DNA of 64,000 nt from positions 66,948 to 130,947 of IMG/VR virus record IMGVR_UViG_3300016466_000859. One strand, written 5' to 3'. The translations under genes and the position numbers were made by a program. The stretch comes from a virus. The notes beneath the pieces are model-generated. The model was not told where the DNA came from. It saw only the letters and a program-made list of their open reading frames with translations, and did not search any database. Positions 44,425 through 54,422 of this stretch are shown piece after piece. Position 1 is the stretch's first letter. Each line of letters starts with the position of its first letter.

Positions 44425-46056
44425 TTAAATGTCGTAGCCGGCTTTTTTCATCTCGGCTAGATATTTACTGATTTCTGCGGAGGTGGCCCTAGTGCTTAAG
44501 CGTGACTCTAACCGGGATGGCTTTCTTTCGCTGCCGTCTTTATAAAGCACATTGACCTGCGCCTGTAGATCGTTTAATTTCTTTTCAATCTGTTCGTCAC
44601 GTGTGCTCATCTGCGAAAGCATGCGTTGTTCTTGATCGTTTTCTCTATCAAGGCGGTCAATGTCTCGATCCTCCCGGTCATTTTCTCGGTCAAGACGGTT
44701 GACATCTTTTTCTATTCGGTCGTTGATCCACATGGCCAACGCTTCTTCGTCAGTGGCCGCCATTGGAAACGCACGCTTGGCCGCTTTTAATACCCAGCCA
44801 GTACGCAGATCACCGTGATCTTCTTCTTTCATTAAAGTAGAAGCTAGATATTTGTTAAGATCTTCTTTTTCTTGACGACTCACTGGTTTGTTGTTTTTTA
44901 CTTTGTGGACGATTAATTTTATATAACCAAGGTCGTTGTTTTTAACAGGAGCAACAAAGGCCAGTGGCCGATCATTGTTCTCATCAGCACGCACACTCCA
45001 ATCTACTTCAATATCTCGTACTTCAAGTCCTTGCTTGGCAAAGTGTTTGATAATAGGGTCACGGAATCCTTCATCAGATCGTATTTTGACCTTTTTCTTG
45101 GTACCGTCGTTGAAGGTGACTGTGGCCACATGATATTCACCATCACGGAGACTTTCTGATGTTTTCTGTGTCTGTGTTGTCTGCGTAGGCTTGCCTATGA
45201 AAGTAGGACGACCCGGTGCCGGAGGTAGCACCTTAGAATTTTTTATCGGTGGTGGATTACGATCTCGTTGAGGAGCACCAGTGAATCGCGGTTTGCCGTC
45301 ATCGCTTTCGTTGGTATCAACATCGCCTTGGCCGTATTCTTTTACCAGCTTGTCCATGAGCAGTTCGATCATGCGGTCTTCGTCGTTGATGATATCGTTC
45401 ATGCCTTTGGCGGCAAGTTCATCGGCAAGATCCGACATCATGTCTTCGAGTGCGATTTGCACTCCGGTGCCTTTGAGCCCTCCAATGGCATCAATGAGTT
45501 CTTCTTCGTCTTCACTTTGTGCGATATTGTGTAGCTCGATGTCAATTTCACTCATGAAGCCTTCCGCAAATGGCCTACGATCCCGCATCTCTTCTCTGCT
45601 ACCACCGCGACTCTGCAACTGGTCGTGCACCATTTTTACATAGGCCGACACATCCGATGATCCAATTTCTTCCCAGTCATCCTCGCCTTCGGTTACGTCG
45701 TCGATGACTTGTAATAGGAACTCCACACCATACTGCATGATCCATTCGGGATGCTGGTTAATGATTCTGCGTGTCACAGCCTGTGCCATGGCATTTTCTT
45801 CTTCGTTGATGATGCCGGCGAGACGTGCTGCCTTTTCAAGATCGAGTAAACGCTCTCGAGCCTTGGCTTTGGTTTCTGAGTCTACTCCGGGCTGGCTCAG
45901 CAGTCTAAATAGTACATCTCGTTTGTCGAGATAATCTTCTTTGCTCTGTAATTTGTTGTGCCCACCGCGATTAAATGCAGGAGTCGATTGATCATTTTCA
46001 TGTATTTCAACTACAGCACGATTGGTTTTTTTTGATCTAAAATCTGACAGTAACAT
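44425..46056 (-). CDS. Large modular hypothetical protein (possible virion protein)
   Basis: 543 aa; acidic/Pro-rich linkers; repeated RLDREND coiled-coil unit. Confidence 0.8.
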   Translation of the reverse strand: MLLSDFRSKKTNRAVVEIHENDQSTPAFNRGGHNKLQSKEDYLDKRDVLFRLLSQPGVDSETKAKARERLLDLEKAARLAGIINEEENAMAQAVTRRIINQHPEWIMQYGVEFLLQVIDDVTEGEDDWEEIGSSDVSAYVKMVHDQLQSRGGSREEMRDRRPFAEGFMSEIDIELHNIAQSEDEEELIDAIGGLKGTGVQIALEDMMSDLADELAAKGMNDIINDEDRMIELLMDKLVKEYGQGDVDTNESDDGKPRFTGAPQRDRNPPPIKNSKVLPPAPGRPTFIGKPTQTTQTQKTSESLRDGEYHVATVTFNDGTKKKVKIRSDEGFRDPIIKHFAKQGLEVRDIEVDWSVRADENNDRPLAFVAPVKNNDLGYIKLIVHKVKNNKPVSRQEKEDLNKYLASTLMKEEDHGDLRTGWVLKAAKRAFPMAATDEEALAMWINDRIEKDVNRLDRENDREDRDIDRLDRENDQEQRMLSQMSTRDEQIEKKLNDLQAQVNVLYKDGSERKPSRLESRLSTRATSAEISKYLAEMKKAGYDI

Positions 46057-46068
46057 CGTCGGGTCCTT

Positions 46069-46395
46069 TTATTTTTGTTGTGCTCGCTGTAGCGTGCTTT
46101 TGAGTTGTGTGGCCAAAGCAGGGTCAGACATGGCCTTCTGCACAGCACCGGCCACCGATCCTGCGTTGTTGGGATCGTCGGCGGCTTTTGTGGGGTCAAT
46201 ATCTACACCGGCTCCTTTGAGTTGTGTGAGATTTTTTTTGATCTCTTGATCTTGTTTGATTTGATCCGGGGTTTTTTGTGCAGGAGTGGTACCGTATTCT
46301 TCGACCCGCTTGATGACTTTTTTTGTAAGCGGAACAACCACACTGGCGATGCCGCCCGAGGTAGTTGTTTCATTTATAATTTCGGCGATTTTCAT
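46069..46395 (-). CDS. Hypothetical protein
   Basis: MKIAEIINETTTSGGIA... Confidence 0.7.
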   Translation of the reverse strand: MKIAEIINETTTSGGIASVVVPLTKKVIKRVEEYGTTPAQKTPDQIKQDQEIKKNLTQLKGAGVDIDPTKAADDPNNAGSVAGAVQKAMSDPALATQLKSTLQRAQQK

Positions 46396-46402
46396 GATTT
46401 TC

Positions 46403-46687
46403 CTAAATAAAAAATTCAAAGTCTGATCGGCGCCCATTGATCCTGACATTGTCGACTCGTAGTAGACCTCGAGGATCATTGACACGATCAATTTTTAAGT
46501 AATGACGTCCCAAAGATAATTTTACTGTGGCTAGTTCTTCCACATATTCGTCACTGCCGGACCAAACAAAGGTTCTTTCTGTGAGTAAATCTTGATCAAG
46601 ATAGACTCGATATCCAGGGAGATACATTTCGTCGCCGTGATTGCAGTGAACATCGAATCTGATTTCAGTCTGATGTTGATTATTCAT
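46403..46687 (-). CDS. Hypothetical protein
   Basis: Coupled ORF. Confidence 0.65.
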   Translation of the reverse strand: MNNQHQTEIRFDVHCNHGDEMYLPGYRVYLDQDLLTERTFVWSGSDEYVEELATVKLSLGRHYLKIDRVNDPRGLLRVDNVRINGRRSDFEFFI

Positions 46688-47978
46688 CGGCGAACATTCC
46701 TTTGGGTATTCCACGCGAAGATGTTCCACCTTTTCGTCGTTGTGCTGACAGGTCGCGATAGGCCTGCAACAATGAGTCTAGCATGACTGGCAACGGACTT
46801 TTAGCGATGATATACTGCGCTCTGCGTACAGCATCGGGGTCCATGGTGGCCAACATGTCGCCAAGTTCATGAAAATTCTTTTCTAGTTTTTTGTGCAAGG
46901 TTTGTAGAGTCAGTCTACCGTATCCTGGAATCAATACTTCGCTGTCAACCATCGGCGCCGTCTTATCTATGCTGTAAAGTGTTTCCACCAAACGGAAAGC
47001 TCGTAGCATTTTATTCAGGGTACCGGGCCCGATGTCTCGTGTCATGGACATGCTGTATCTAGGATCACGTGCCATCTTTTTGTTGGATGCGACCACACCA
47101 ACTCCGGCGGCATCTTCGTTGGAACGTTTGCGTTGTCCTAGGATCTTGCTGGCATTGCGATCTCCGCGAGCGATGGCGCGGATCTCTTGATCTATTTCGG
47201 CACGCACAGAATCTTTGTTGATGTTCTGTACATTCTTTGCAGTGCGCAGAGCGATCAGTGCATCTCGTGCAGTGACTCCATCAGTGGTGGCACACCCTGG
47301 CGTGCCCGCGATGCAGGCAGCCGCGGCCAAAGAACCCAAAGATTTTTTCAAATCTTCGGTGATGACCAATTTTTGGTCCATGATGTGCTGCGCTTCTTCG
47401 CTGTAACGTCCAAATAGGTCAGTGATGATCTGCTTGCGAGTGGCAGGATCGGCGTCTTTGTATTGCTGACGCACTTCTGTGGCGGATCGCATAGGAGCAC
47501 CGAGGACGGTGAAGTCCACCGTGGGTACCGTTAGGATATAGCCCGTCTTGTCGAGTGTATTGGTATTTTTTAGATCGCTGGGCAGAGGCTGGAAATATGT
47601 TGGGCTGCCGTCTTTCTTTGTTCCCATGCGAAAACGTGGATCTTCGGCCATGTCTTTTTCACTGACTGCGAAGATCAATGTGGTTGATTCTGCTGGATAC
47701 AATGCTGTCAGCTCAGGAACTTTGTAGGGTTCGCGGCTCTCGATGACACGGTCCATGGGCACTCCTGTCAAGGCCATGAACACGCTTTTGTCTGAGAAAT
47801 TAAAGGGACTCCTGGGAGGATCTACCTTGTTGCTGGTGGCAATGAAAACGCGGTCTCGGCCAAATTTCTTGACGAGTCCGTCATAGACTGCTTTGTGCCC
47901 TTTGTGAAAGGGCTGGAAGCGTCCGGGATAAACGACTACTAGATTACTAGAGTCTTCAAAAAGATCAGCAACAAACAT
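46680..47978 (-). CDS. HxGH nucleotidyltransferase (cytidylyltransferase-like) domain fused to unknown C-terminal segments
   Basis: YPGRFQPFHKGH, SPFNF, RSATEVR; TAAATA at 48000-48005. Confidence 0.8.
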   Translation of the reverse strand: MFVADLFEDSSNLVVVYPGRFQPFHKGHKAVYDGLVKKFGRDRVFIATSNKVDPPRSPFNFSDKSVFMALTGVPMDRVIESREPYKVPELTALYPAESTTLIFAVSEKDMAEDPRFRMGTKKDGSPTYFQPLPSDLKNTNTLDKTGYILTVPTVDFTVLGAPMRSATEVRQQYKDADPATRKQIITDLFGRYSEEAQHIMDQKLVITEDLKKSLGSLAAAACIAGTPGCATTDGVTARDALIALRTAKNVQNINKDSVRAEIDQEIRAIARGDRNASKILGQRKRSNEDAAGVGVVASNKKMARDPRYSMSMTRDIGPGTLNKMLRAFRLVETLYSIDKTAPMVDSEVLIPGYGRLTLQTLHKKLEKNFHELGDMLATMDPDAVRRAQYIIAKSPLPVMLDSLLQAYRDLSAQRRKGGTSSRGIPKGMFADE

Positions 47979-48008
47979 ATCATTTCCATTTTGTTGCTGT
48001 ATTTAGCG

Positions 48009-48512
48009 TTAGATATTCTCTAGCAACCAGATGTAAAACGGGGTGCGGAATGGGACATCATAGCGTCCGTTCCACCCGAGATTTTTGATTCCGGGTATTT
48101 CAGTGACATTTGCTTGGCCACGATAATTCACAGGAACATCGACACGATAAGTACCAAATTTAGCATCTTCGCCGTAGTCGGCACCAATGGGTATCTCAAC
48201 GTCGTTGATTTCCAGAGATACGATATTCAACAACATGTCCTTGGCTATGACTAGATTTTCTTCGGTACTTTCGGGAGCCTTCACGGTTTGATCGGGTGTT
48301 TTGTTGACGAAACGCACTGACACCAAATGTTCTCGATCTTGCTCAACTTCGGCTGAAAACTCATGATATTCTACGCAATCGGAATCGGCGGTGATTTCCC
48401 CGGATTTGATTAATTGATCATTGAGCAATATTTCGAATGCTGGCCTGCGATCCCAGAAAGTTCCACTGATGCCTATCTTGAAAACTAGATGTTCTTTTTC
48501 TTGGTCGGACAT
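48009..48512 (-). CDS. Hypothetical protein
   Basis: ORF in operon. Confidence 0.72.
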   Translation of the reverse strand: MSDQEKEHLVFKIGISGTFWDRRPAFEILLNDQLIKSGEITADSDCVEYHEFSAEVEQDREHLVSVRFVNKTPDQTVKAPESTEENLVIAKDMLLNIVSLEINDVEIPIGADYGEDAKFGTYRVDVPVNYRGQANVTEIPGIKNLGWNGRYDVPFRTPFYIWLLENI

Positions 48513-48515
48513 ACA

Positions 48516-49361
48516 CTATTTTCCTCCGTTTTTTCTCTTGCTCATATCTAGAGCAGCGGCCAGCGCACCAGGAACTTCGACTTCATTGCCGGTTTCGGTG
48601 GACTTGGCGATGTTACTGAATTTAGGCATCTTTTCAAGATCGCCTTGGAATTCATAATGTCCTATGTGGTTCAACAATACTTTTCCATGCGCCCATATCT
48701 CCCCACCCAGCTTTTGCCACCGGCGACTGAATGTCCAGTCCTCACTGAGATAATGGCCTTTTTCATCAATGACTGTGTCAAAAATTGAGTACATGTAGGG
48801 CTCGTATTGCTTGCCTAGATTGACATCGTCGACATATTTGGTTTCGGGATGAGCGGCGCAGAGCTTTTCGTAGACATGTCGTTTAAACAACAAGAATCCT
48901 GTTCCCATGGTGTCCACGGTAAAGATATCTTCGTTGTATTTTACTTCCGGCAACAAGTTGATCACATACGCCGGTGGCAGGCTTTTCTTGGGATAAAGAC
49001 CACCAATGACATCTTTTTCGCAGGCAATCATCTTGAAGATGCTTTCGGGTTGGAAACGTATATCGGCGTCGATAAACATGAAATGCGTGGCCTTTTGATT
49101 GTGCATCATCTTGGCCATGAGATTGTTGCGAGCTCGAGTGACTAAACTTTCATTGACCATGGTATCCAAGCTCCATTGGAGACCCACATGTTGTGCAATC
49201 AATACAAATCTAATCAAGCTGGTCATGGTAGGTTCACTGACCATTCCACCATAGCAAGGCATAGCGATGTGCAAATGTACTTTGCTCCAGTCGTAGTTTG
49301 TGGTTCCGGCAGCCGGTGCGGCCGCAGGTGTTTCCTGTTTTTTTGATTGTTTTTTACTCAT
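48516..49361 (-). CDS. GT-A fold glycosyltransferase-like protein
   Basis: AMPCYGG, ESLVTRARN, FIDAD (DxD), GTGFLL, LSEDW, HIG. Confidence 0.75.
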   Translation of the reverse strand: MSKKQSKKQETPAAAPAAGTTNYDWSKVHLHIAMPCYGGMVSEPTMTSLIRFVLIAQHVGLQWSLDTMVNESLVTRARNNLMAKMMHNQKATHFMFIDADIRFQPESIFKMIACEKDVIGGLYPKKSLPPAYVINLLPEVKYNEDIFTVDTMGTGFLLFKRHVYEKLCAAHPETKYVDDVNLGKQYEPYMYSIFDTVIDEKGHYLSEDWTFSRRWQKLGGEIWAHGKVLLNHIGHYEFQGDLEKMPKFSNIAKSTETGNEVEVPGALAAALDMSKRKNGGK

Positions 49362-49375
49362 GATAGATTCTTTGA

Positions 49376-49543
49376 TTAACCTTTTATGACTTCGACCAAT
49401 GTTTTGTTGTTGCCGGCCAGCTCTTCGATGATTTTTTGCAGGGCCACCGTGTTTTCCTCGCCCATGACTTCTGTTGATTCAGCAGTGTCGGGCAATAACG
49501 TGGTGATTTTTATCACCAGTACTTCTTCGTTGACTTTTGCCAT
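49376..49543 (-). CDS. Small hypothetical protein, 55 aa (not in ORF track)
   Basis: AAGGA SD, TAAATA 49569-49574; MAKVNEEVLVIKITTLLPD...VEVIKG. Confidence 0.65.
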   Translation of the reverse strand: MAKVNEEVLVIKITTLLPDTAESTEVMGEENTVALQKIIEELAGNNKTLVEVIKG

Positions 49544-49571
49544 TTTAGCTTTCCTTGAATTATATTAGTAT

Positions 49572-50306
49572 TTATTCAGCCACTACAATCTCATTTATAT
49601 TTGATATTATCCCGGGTCGTATCAGCTCGACAAATGTGTTGATGCTGAGGTCGTTGGTGTAAAAATATACTCCCCAAAAAGATGAAAATGGAGTCTTCAT
49701 CATTTCTCGAGGGCCACGAGGGAGAAACACCAGATCTTCCAAAGATTCGAGATAATTCAGTAAATTGATTTTTGTGCCAGGATCAACGCGGCAATCTCTC
49801 ATGGACACTTTGTAACGATAGGGATTTCGTCGAGATTCCCGTATGATCTTGTTTTCTTTCAACAAAATTTCTGATTTCGAATCTTTGGGCACTGTAATAG
49901 AAGAAACCCGAGTCTGATCTTCGCTGGAGAATTTTTTAATGAAATTTTTGAGATCTTGTTCAGATTCGGCATAGATCTGCACTTTGGGTTCTTCGACTCT
50001 AATTTTGATCGCCGAATCGGTCAACAGTTTTTTGAGTGTTTCAAGTTGCGACTCGGCGGCCTGATCGATGTATTTTCGATGACGGTGATTATAGTTTGAA
50101 GGCCAGCTTCTCGAATATATTCCAAGCTCGAAAATCTGTTTTTGTTCTATCAATTCTCTAATAGAGCTATGCTCGTCGTAGATAAACCTTCCACCGGGGC
50201 AAAAAATTTCCAACCGATAAACATATCGACCAAAATATATTTTTTTGGTGTTGTGGATTTTTATCTTGGAATTAAGGTTTATCCAGTACAATATATCCAT
50301 GTTCAT
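49572..50306 (-). CDS. Hypothetical phage protein
   Basis: 244 aa ORF downstream of clpA. Confidence 0.72.
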   Translation of the reverse strand: MNMDILYWINLNSKIKIHNTKKIYFGRYVYRLEIFCPGGRFIYDEHSSIRELIEQKQIFELGIYSRSWPSNYNHRHRKYIDQAAESQLETLKKLLTDSAIKIRVEEPKVQIYAESEQDLKNFIKKFSSEDQTRVSSITVPKDSKSEILLKENKIIRESRRNPYRYKVSMRDCRVDPGTKINLLNYLESLEDLVFLPRGPREMMKTPFSSFWGVYFYTNDLSINTFVELIRPGIISNINEIVVAE

Positions 50307-52557
50307 CCACCACGTCGTGAGCTGGGAAACCTTGCTTGATATCGAACGTTATCTCGTTTTCAACATAGTCTACAACGATCATCGATCCCGGCAACACCTT
50401 TTCAAACAATATTTTACGACTCAACGGTACCTTTATGAGATCGTTGATTTTCCTTGACAACGGCCTTGCGCCCATTTTGGGATCGTAGCCCACTTCAGCA
50501 AGATAATCGATCACCGACTCAGTGAAACGTAATTTTAGATTTTTTTCGCTGAGCAGATCATTGATCTCACCAGTGAATTTGACCACTATCTTCTTCATGC
50601 TGAGCTGGTCTAAAGGTTTGAATTTACAAACCCCATCTAGTCTATTACGGAACTCAGGCTTGAAGAAATCCTTGACTGCACGATCATCCTCGCCGGTTTT
50701 CTGGAAACTGCGGCCCATGCCAATGGCGTTGCGTTCCGAGTCAGCGGCACCCAGGTTACTGGTCAGGATCACGATGGTGTTGCGGCAGTCGGCTTTCTTA
50801 CCGTTGCTGGAAGTGATCATACCTTCGTCCATGAGGTTTAGTAGCACGTTAGTGACATCGGGGTGTGCTTTTTCGATCTCGTCGAACAAGATCACCGAGT
50901 TGGGATTTTTTTCTACGTCACTGATCAGCAAGCCACCGCCCAAGTTAGAGTCGTCGTAGCCCACATATCCCGGAGGAGCACCAATCAGTTTTGAAGCCGA
51001 GTGCTTCTCCTGGTATTCGCTCATGTCATAGCGTAGGAGTTTCATGCCTAGGTTGTCGGCCAGTGCTTTGGCCAGTTCTGTTTTACCCGTGCCAGTGGGC
51101 CCAATAAACAAGAAGTTGCCAATGGGCTTGTTGATGGCCTTGAGACCGGCCTTGCTGACATAGATCTTTTCCAAAACCTGATCCACTGCATCGTCTTGAC
51201 CAAACAAGCGATTCTTGATTTTTGATTCAAAGTCTCCAATGTCTCGAATTTCTTGAGACTCGCTGATCTGATCTGCGGGAATCTTGGTAAACTTGCTGAT
51301 GGCATCGATGATGTTGCTCTTGCCAATGATCCATTCGGTGTGATTTATCTTGGCCTTGGCGCATGCTGTATCAATAAGGTCGATGGCTTTGTCAGGCAAT
51401 TTTTTATCAGTTTGATAACGCACAGAAAGATCAACGGCCGCATCAAGTGCATCATTGTTGATCTTTCCGCCATGGAAATCTTCGAAGTATGTTTTCAACC
51501 CGCGCAGTATTTCTTTGGCCACTGCAGGGGTGGGTTCTTCAATGGCCAATCTGTAGAAACGTCGCATCAATGCGCGATCTTTTTCAAAGCTCTGTGTGTA
51601 TTCTTCCCAGGTCGTGCTGGCTATGACTTTGATCTGCCCTTTGTTCAGGGCTGGTTTGATCATGTTGGCAAAATCTACGCTGCTGGAAGATCCCGACCCA
51701 GCACCTCTCATTTGATGTGCTTCGTCGATGAACAGAATAGTTTTTCCAACAACGTCAAGGGCTCCTAGCACTTCTTTGAGTTTCTCTTCGAATTCACCAC
51801 GATACTTGCTGCCGGCCAATAACCCGCCGATGTCGAGATTGTAAACTGTGAAGTCTTTGAGGTAGTCGGGGACTTCTCCGTTGATGATGTTGAGTGCCAG
51901 ACCTTCGGCGATGGCAGTCTTACCTACACCAGGATCGCCCACCATGAGCACGTTGCTTTTGTTTCGCTTGGCCAACACATGAGTTATTTCTGTTATCTCG
52001 GCTTCTCTGCCGATCACGGGATCTATTTTACCTTCCTGTGCCAGTTCATTGAGATTATCGCAGTATTCGCGTAGTACCTCGTTGGCCCGTGCTTTGTTTT
52101 TTCCTTTGATGTCTTGGCGTTTGTCTTTCCAGTGTTCATTGTAAAAATCCACTAACTGTGATCGATCGATGCCGTACTTCATCAAGAAATAGGCTGCGTG
52201 GCTGTTGGATTCTTGCCAGATGCTCAGGAGTAGATCAATGATCTGTATGTGAGTCCTGCCAGAGAACAATACCTGTGTAAACGCTCGGTTAAATACTCTT
52301 TCTAGGGCATGTGTTTTTTTGGGATCTATATCGGTGTCGGCAGCAACGAGATGTCTCTGGGTGGTCAGATACATGGTGAGATCATCTGTTAGTCCTTCAA
52401 CATCGGCACCGAAGTTTTTCAATAGATCATAAAATGGACGATAGCTCAGCACACCGTGTAAAAGATGTTCCACTGTCACATAACGGTGTTTCAGCTGCCG
52501 TGCGGCATTAGTGGCAGAATCAATGACTACTTCAATTTCTGGGTTTGGTTGTATCAT
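50272..52557 (-). CDS. clpA: ClpA-like Hsp100 AAA+ chaperone
   Basis: Clp N-domain (HRYVTVEHLL), GDPGVGKT, AGSKYRGEFEE, GPTGTGKT, GAPPGYVG, FDEIEKAHPDV, IGM loop, MGARPL. Confidence 0.92.
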   Translation of the reverse strand: MIQPNPEIEVVIDSATNAARQLKHRYVTVEHLLHGVLSYRPFYDLLKNFGADVEGLTDDLTMYLTTQRHLVAADTDIDPKKTHALERVFNRAFTQVLFSGRTHIQIIDLLLSIWQESNSHAAYFLMKYGIDRSQLVDFYNEHWKDKRQDIKGKNKARANEVLREYCDNLNELAQEGKIDPVIGREAEITEITHVLAKRNKSNVLMVGDPGVGKTAIAEGLALNIINGEVPDYLKDFTVYNLDIGGLLAGSKYRGEFEEKLKEVLGALDVVGKTILFIDEAHQMRGAGSGSSSSVDFANMIKPALNKGQIKVIASTTWEEYTQSFEKDRALMRRFYRLAIEEPTPAVAKEILRGLKTYFEDFHGGKINNDALDAAVDLSVRYQTDKKLPDKAIDLIDTACAKAKINHTEWIIGKSNIIDAISKFTKIPADQISESQEIRDIGDFESKIKNRLFGQDDAVDQVLEKIYVSKAGLKAINKPIGNFLFIGPTGTGKTELAKALADNLGMKLLRYDMSEYQEKHSASKLIGAPPGYVGYDDSNLGGGLLISDVEKNPNSVILFDEIEKAHPDVTNVLLNLMDEGMITSSNGKKADCRNTIVILTSNLGAADSERNAIGMGRSFQKTGEDDRAVKDFFKPEFRNRLDGVCKFKPLDQLSMKKIVVKFTGEINDLLSEKNLKLRFTESVIDYLAEVGYDPKMGARPLSRKINDLIKVPLSRKILFEKVLPGSMIVVDYVENEITFDIKQGFPAHDVVDEHGYIVLDKP

Positions 52558-52634
52558 TTATTTTAGTCCAAGAGTTTTTAAATGCACCCTGTATTGTACA
52601 CAGGATAAAATCTATCTGCAACCTTCAACGATAT

Positions 52635-53468
52635 TTATTTGCTGGGTTTTAGGTTCTCGAGTATTTGTTTTTGATCCGGATCAGTGATCGACCTTATCTT
52701 CACCTGCACCTCTACTATGATATTTCCACGATGTTGCGAATTTGTGGAATACAGACCTTGATCTTTGATGCGTAATCTTGTGCCCGGTTGACATCCCGAC
52801 GGGATGGTCAGCAAAAAAGTCCGCCCGTCGATGCCGGTGATTTCATGCTGTGTTCCTATCATGGCATCGATGGCATCGATTTTGATTTCTGTTACGAGAT
52901 CAGAATTTACTACTCGAAAACGAGCGTGCGGTGCCAAAAAAACCACAATATATAGATCACCACGTGGGAGTGTTTCGAAAAAATTGTCGCCGAGACCGGT
53001 GTATTTTATCGTCGATCCGTGCTCGATACCTCGCGGAATATTGATGCTGAGCGTTTCTCTGTGGCCATTGGTTGTCTGTATATGTATGGTTTTTCCAATG
53101 GATTGTAAGGTTTCTTCTAACGGTAGTTCAACATTGACTCGTATATCTTTGTTACGGCGAGGCTGTCGCATGCGATCAAATGGGTTTACGTCGCCGAATC
53201 CAAACTCTCTGAATATATCATTGATGTTTCCATCATGGGGATTCCAATTGAATCGTATTCCGCCGTGATTGATACCTTGTCGTTCGAGATCGTACTGCTG
53301 TCGTTTTTCGGTATCGCCTAATATGCCATAAGCCTGCTGTATTTCTTGGAAACGAACTTTGTCACCACCTTTGTCGGGGTGGTGCTGGCTGGCCAATCGC
53401 CGAAAAGCCTTTTTTATTTCTTCCTGAGAGGCGTTTTCAGAAACACCCAAGGTATCGTAGAATGACAT
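52635..53468 (-). CDS. dnaJ: DnaJ/CbpA-type co-chaperone (no Zn finger)
   Basis: J-domain HHPDKGG; C-terminal domain GDLY, TIPSGCQPG. Confidence 0.9.
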   Translation of the reverse strand: MSFYDTLGVSENASQEEIKKAFRRLASQHHPDKGGDKVRFQEIQQAYGILGDTEKRQQYDLERQGINHGGIRFNWNPHDGNINDIFREFGFGDVNPFDRMRQPRRNKDIRVNVELPLEETLQSIGKTIHIQTTNGHRETLSINIPRGIEHGSTIKYTGLGDNFFETLPRGDLYIVVFLAPHARFRVVNSDLVTEIKIDAIDAMIGTQHEITGIDGRTFLLTIPSGCQPGTRLRIKDQGLYSTNSQHRGNIIVEVQVKIRSITDPDQKQILENLKPSK

Positions 53469-53474
53469 CTTTAT

Positions 53475-53503
53475 ATTTTAACATTTTCCATTGACCAGGT
53501 CAA
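53475..53503 (-). promoter_or_regulatory. Sigma70-like promoter, probable leaderless transcript; palindrome over the -35
   Basis: TTGACC-17-TAAAAT-6 nt-ATG; ATTGACC-A-GGTCAAT at 53490-53504. Confidence 0.68.
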
Positions 53504-53510
53504 TAGAAGA

Positions 53511-53897
53511 TTATTTCGTTCCAAAATTTGGTGGTGGTGGTGGTGGAGGAGGTTTAATAGTGGGCGCAGAGGGCGGTACAGTTGTTTCGTCGGACTCGTA
53601 ATGGCCATTGACACCGGCTATCTTTTCTTTGCCGCGGCTCCAGGCAGTGATGCCCAGCACCGCACCCATGGCCATATGATAAAGTCCTGCACCCTGCAGA
53701 GTGAGTGGTTGCCATTGTCTAAAGGCATCGTTGGCCGCTTGGGTTTCCCAGAATTGTAGTATAGCATACAACACAGGAAAAACTATAAAATCAAAAATGC
53801 AGACCAGCATGTACTGCCATCCCATCATGGGACGCCATTTGGTTTGCATCCAGTCTTCGGCTTTTTTCGCTTTTCCAGAAGTCGATTGTTTGCCCAT
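53511..53897 (-). CDS. Holin-like membrane protein
   Basis: KWRPMMGWQY, two hydrophobic helices, AVLGITAWSRG; downstream of endolysin/spanins. Confidence 0.6.
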   Translation of the reverse strand: MGKQSTSGKAKKAEDWMQTKWRPMMGWQYMLVCIFDFIVFPVLYAILQFWETQAANDAFRQWQPLTLQGAGLYHMAMGAVLGITAWSRGKEKIAGVNGHYESDETTVPPSAPTIKPPPPPPPPNFGTK

Positions 53898-53935
53898 CGT
53901 CCAGCTCCTTGGTAGATATTTATCTAAAAATACCG

Positions 53936-54178
53936 CTATTTGTCGCTGGTTAAAGTATAAGTAATCGGTCTATCGCTCTTGATTATAGAAGTCTTGTTGG
54001 TGGCATAATCTTGGTATATTATGCATGATTCTGATTTTTCTCGGAATCCCGAGACCCATACTTGATAAAGCTGATTGTTGAGCCAGTATTGCAGTAGGAA
54101 ACGGCTTCGGAACATGCTGGCCAACCAACCCAACTTGGGTATGTCGGGCATGGATATTCCTTTTAGCTCGTCGTCCAT
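53936..54178 (-). CDS. Small hypothetical protein
   Basis: Fills gap; start uncertain. Confidence 0.5.
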   Translation of the reverse strand: MDDELKGISMPDIPKLGWLASMFRSRFLLQYWLNNQLYQVWVSGFREKSESCIIYQDYATNKTSIIKSDRPITYTLTSDK

Positions 54179-54188
54179 ACCAACTCAA

Positions 54189-54422
54189 TCAAACCACTTG
54201 TGCCACAGCATAGACGGCTGTGACCAACATAGTCTTGGTTTCGAGGTCCGAGCATTCAGCATCAAGACGATCGGAACGCACCAGATCCATCATGAGTTCT
54301 TTGTATTCGCTTTCGCCGATCTCTCTGCGGCTATATGCTTCTGCAATCTGCATGGCCATTTGTGCTCGACTCGATACGGCAGGATCTGATGCTCCACACA
54401 GTGCTTGTAGTTGTTCAAACAT
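54189..54422 (-). CDS. Small hypothetical protein
   Basis: GGAG SD, coupled. Confidence 0.65.
   Translation of the reverse strand: MFEQLQALCGASDPAVSSRAQMAMQIAEAYSRREIGESEYKELMMDLVRSDRLDAECSDLETKTMLVTAVYAVAQVV

Noticed and set aside
44630-44710. Short imperfect direct repeat
   Set aside because: Coding repeat (RLDREND) within a coiled coil; not CRISPR-like, no constant repeat/spacer periodicity
47993-48005. TGTTGC half-site next to TAAATA upstream of the nucleotidyltransferase gene
   Set aside because: Only one half of the palindrome and on the downstream side; not counted as a third PhaR-like operator
53526-53552. (GGT)n trinucleotide run
   Set aside because: Simply encodes the poly-proline tail of the holin-like protein
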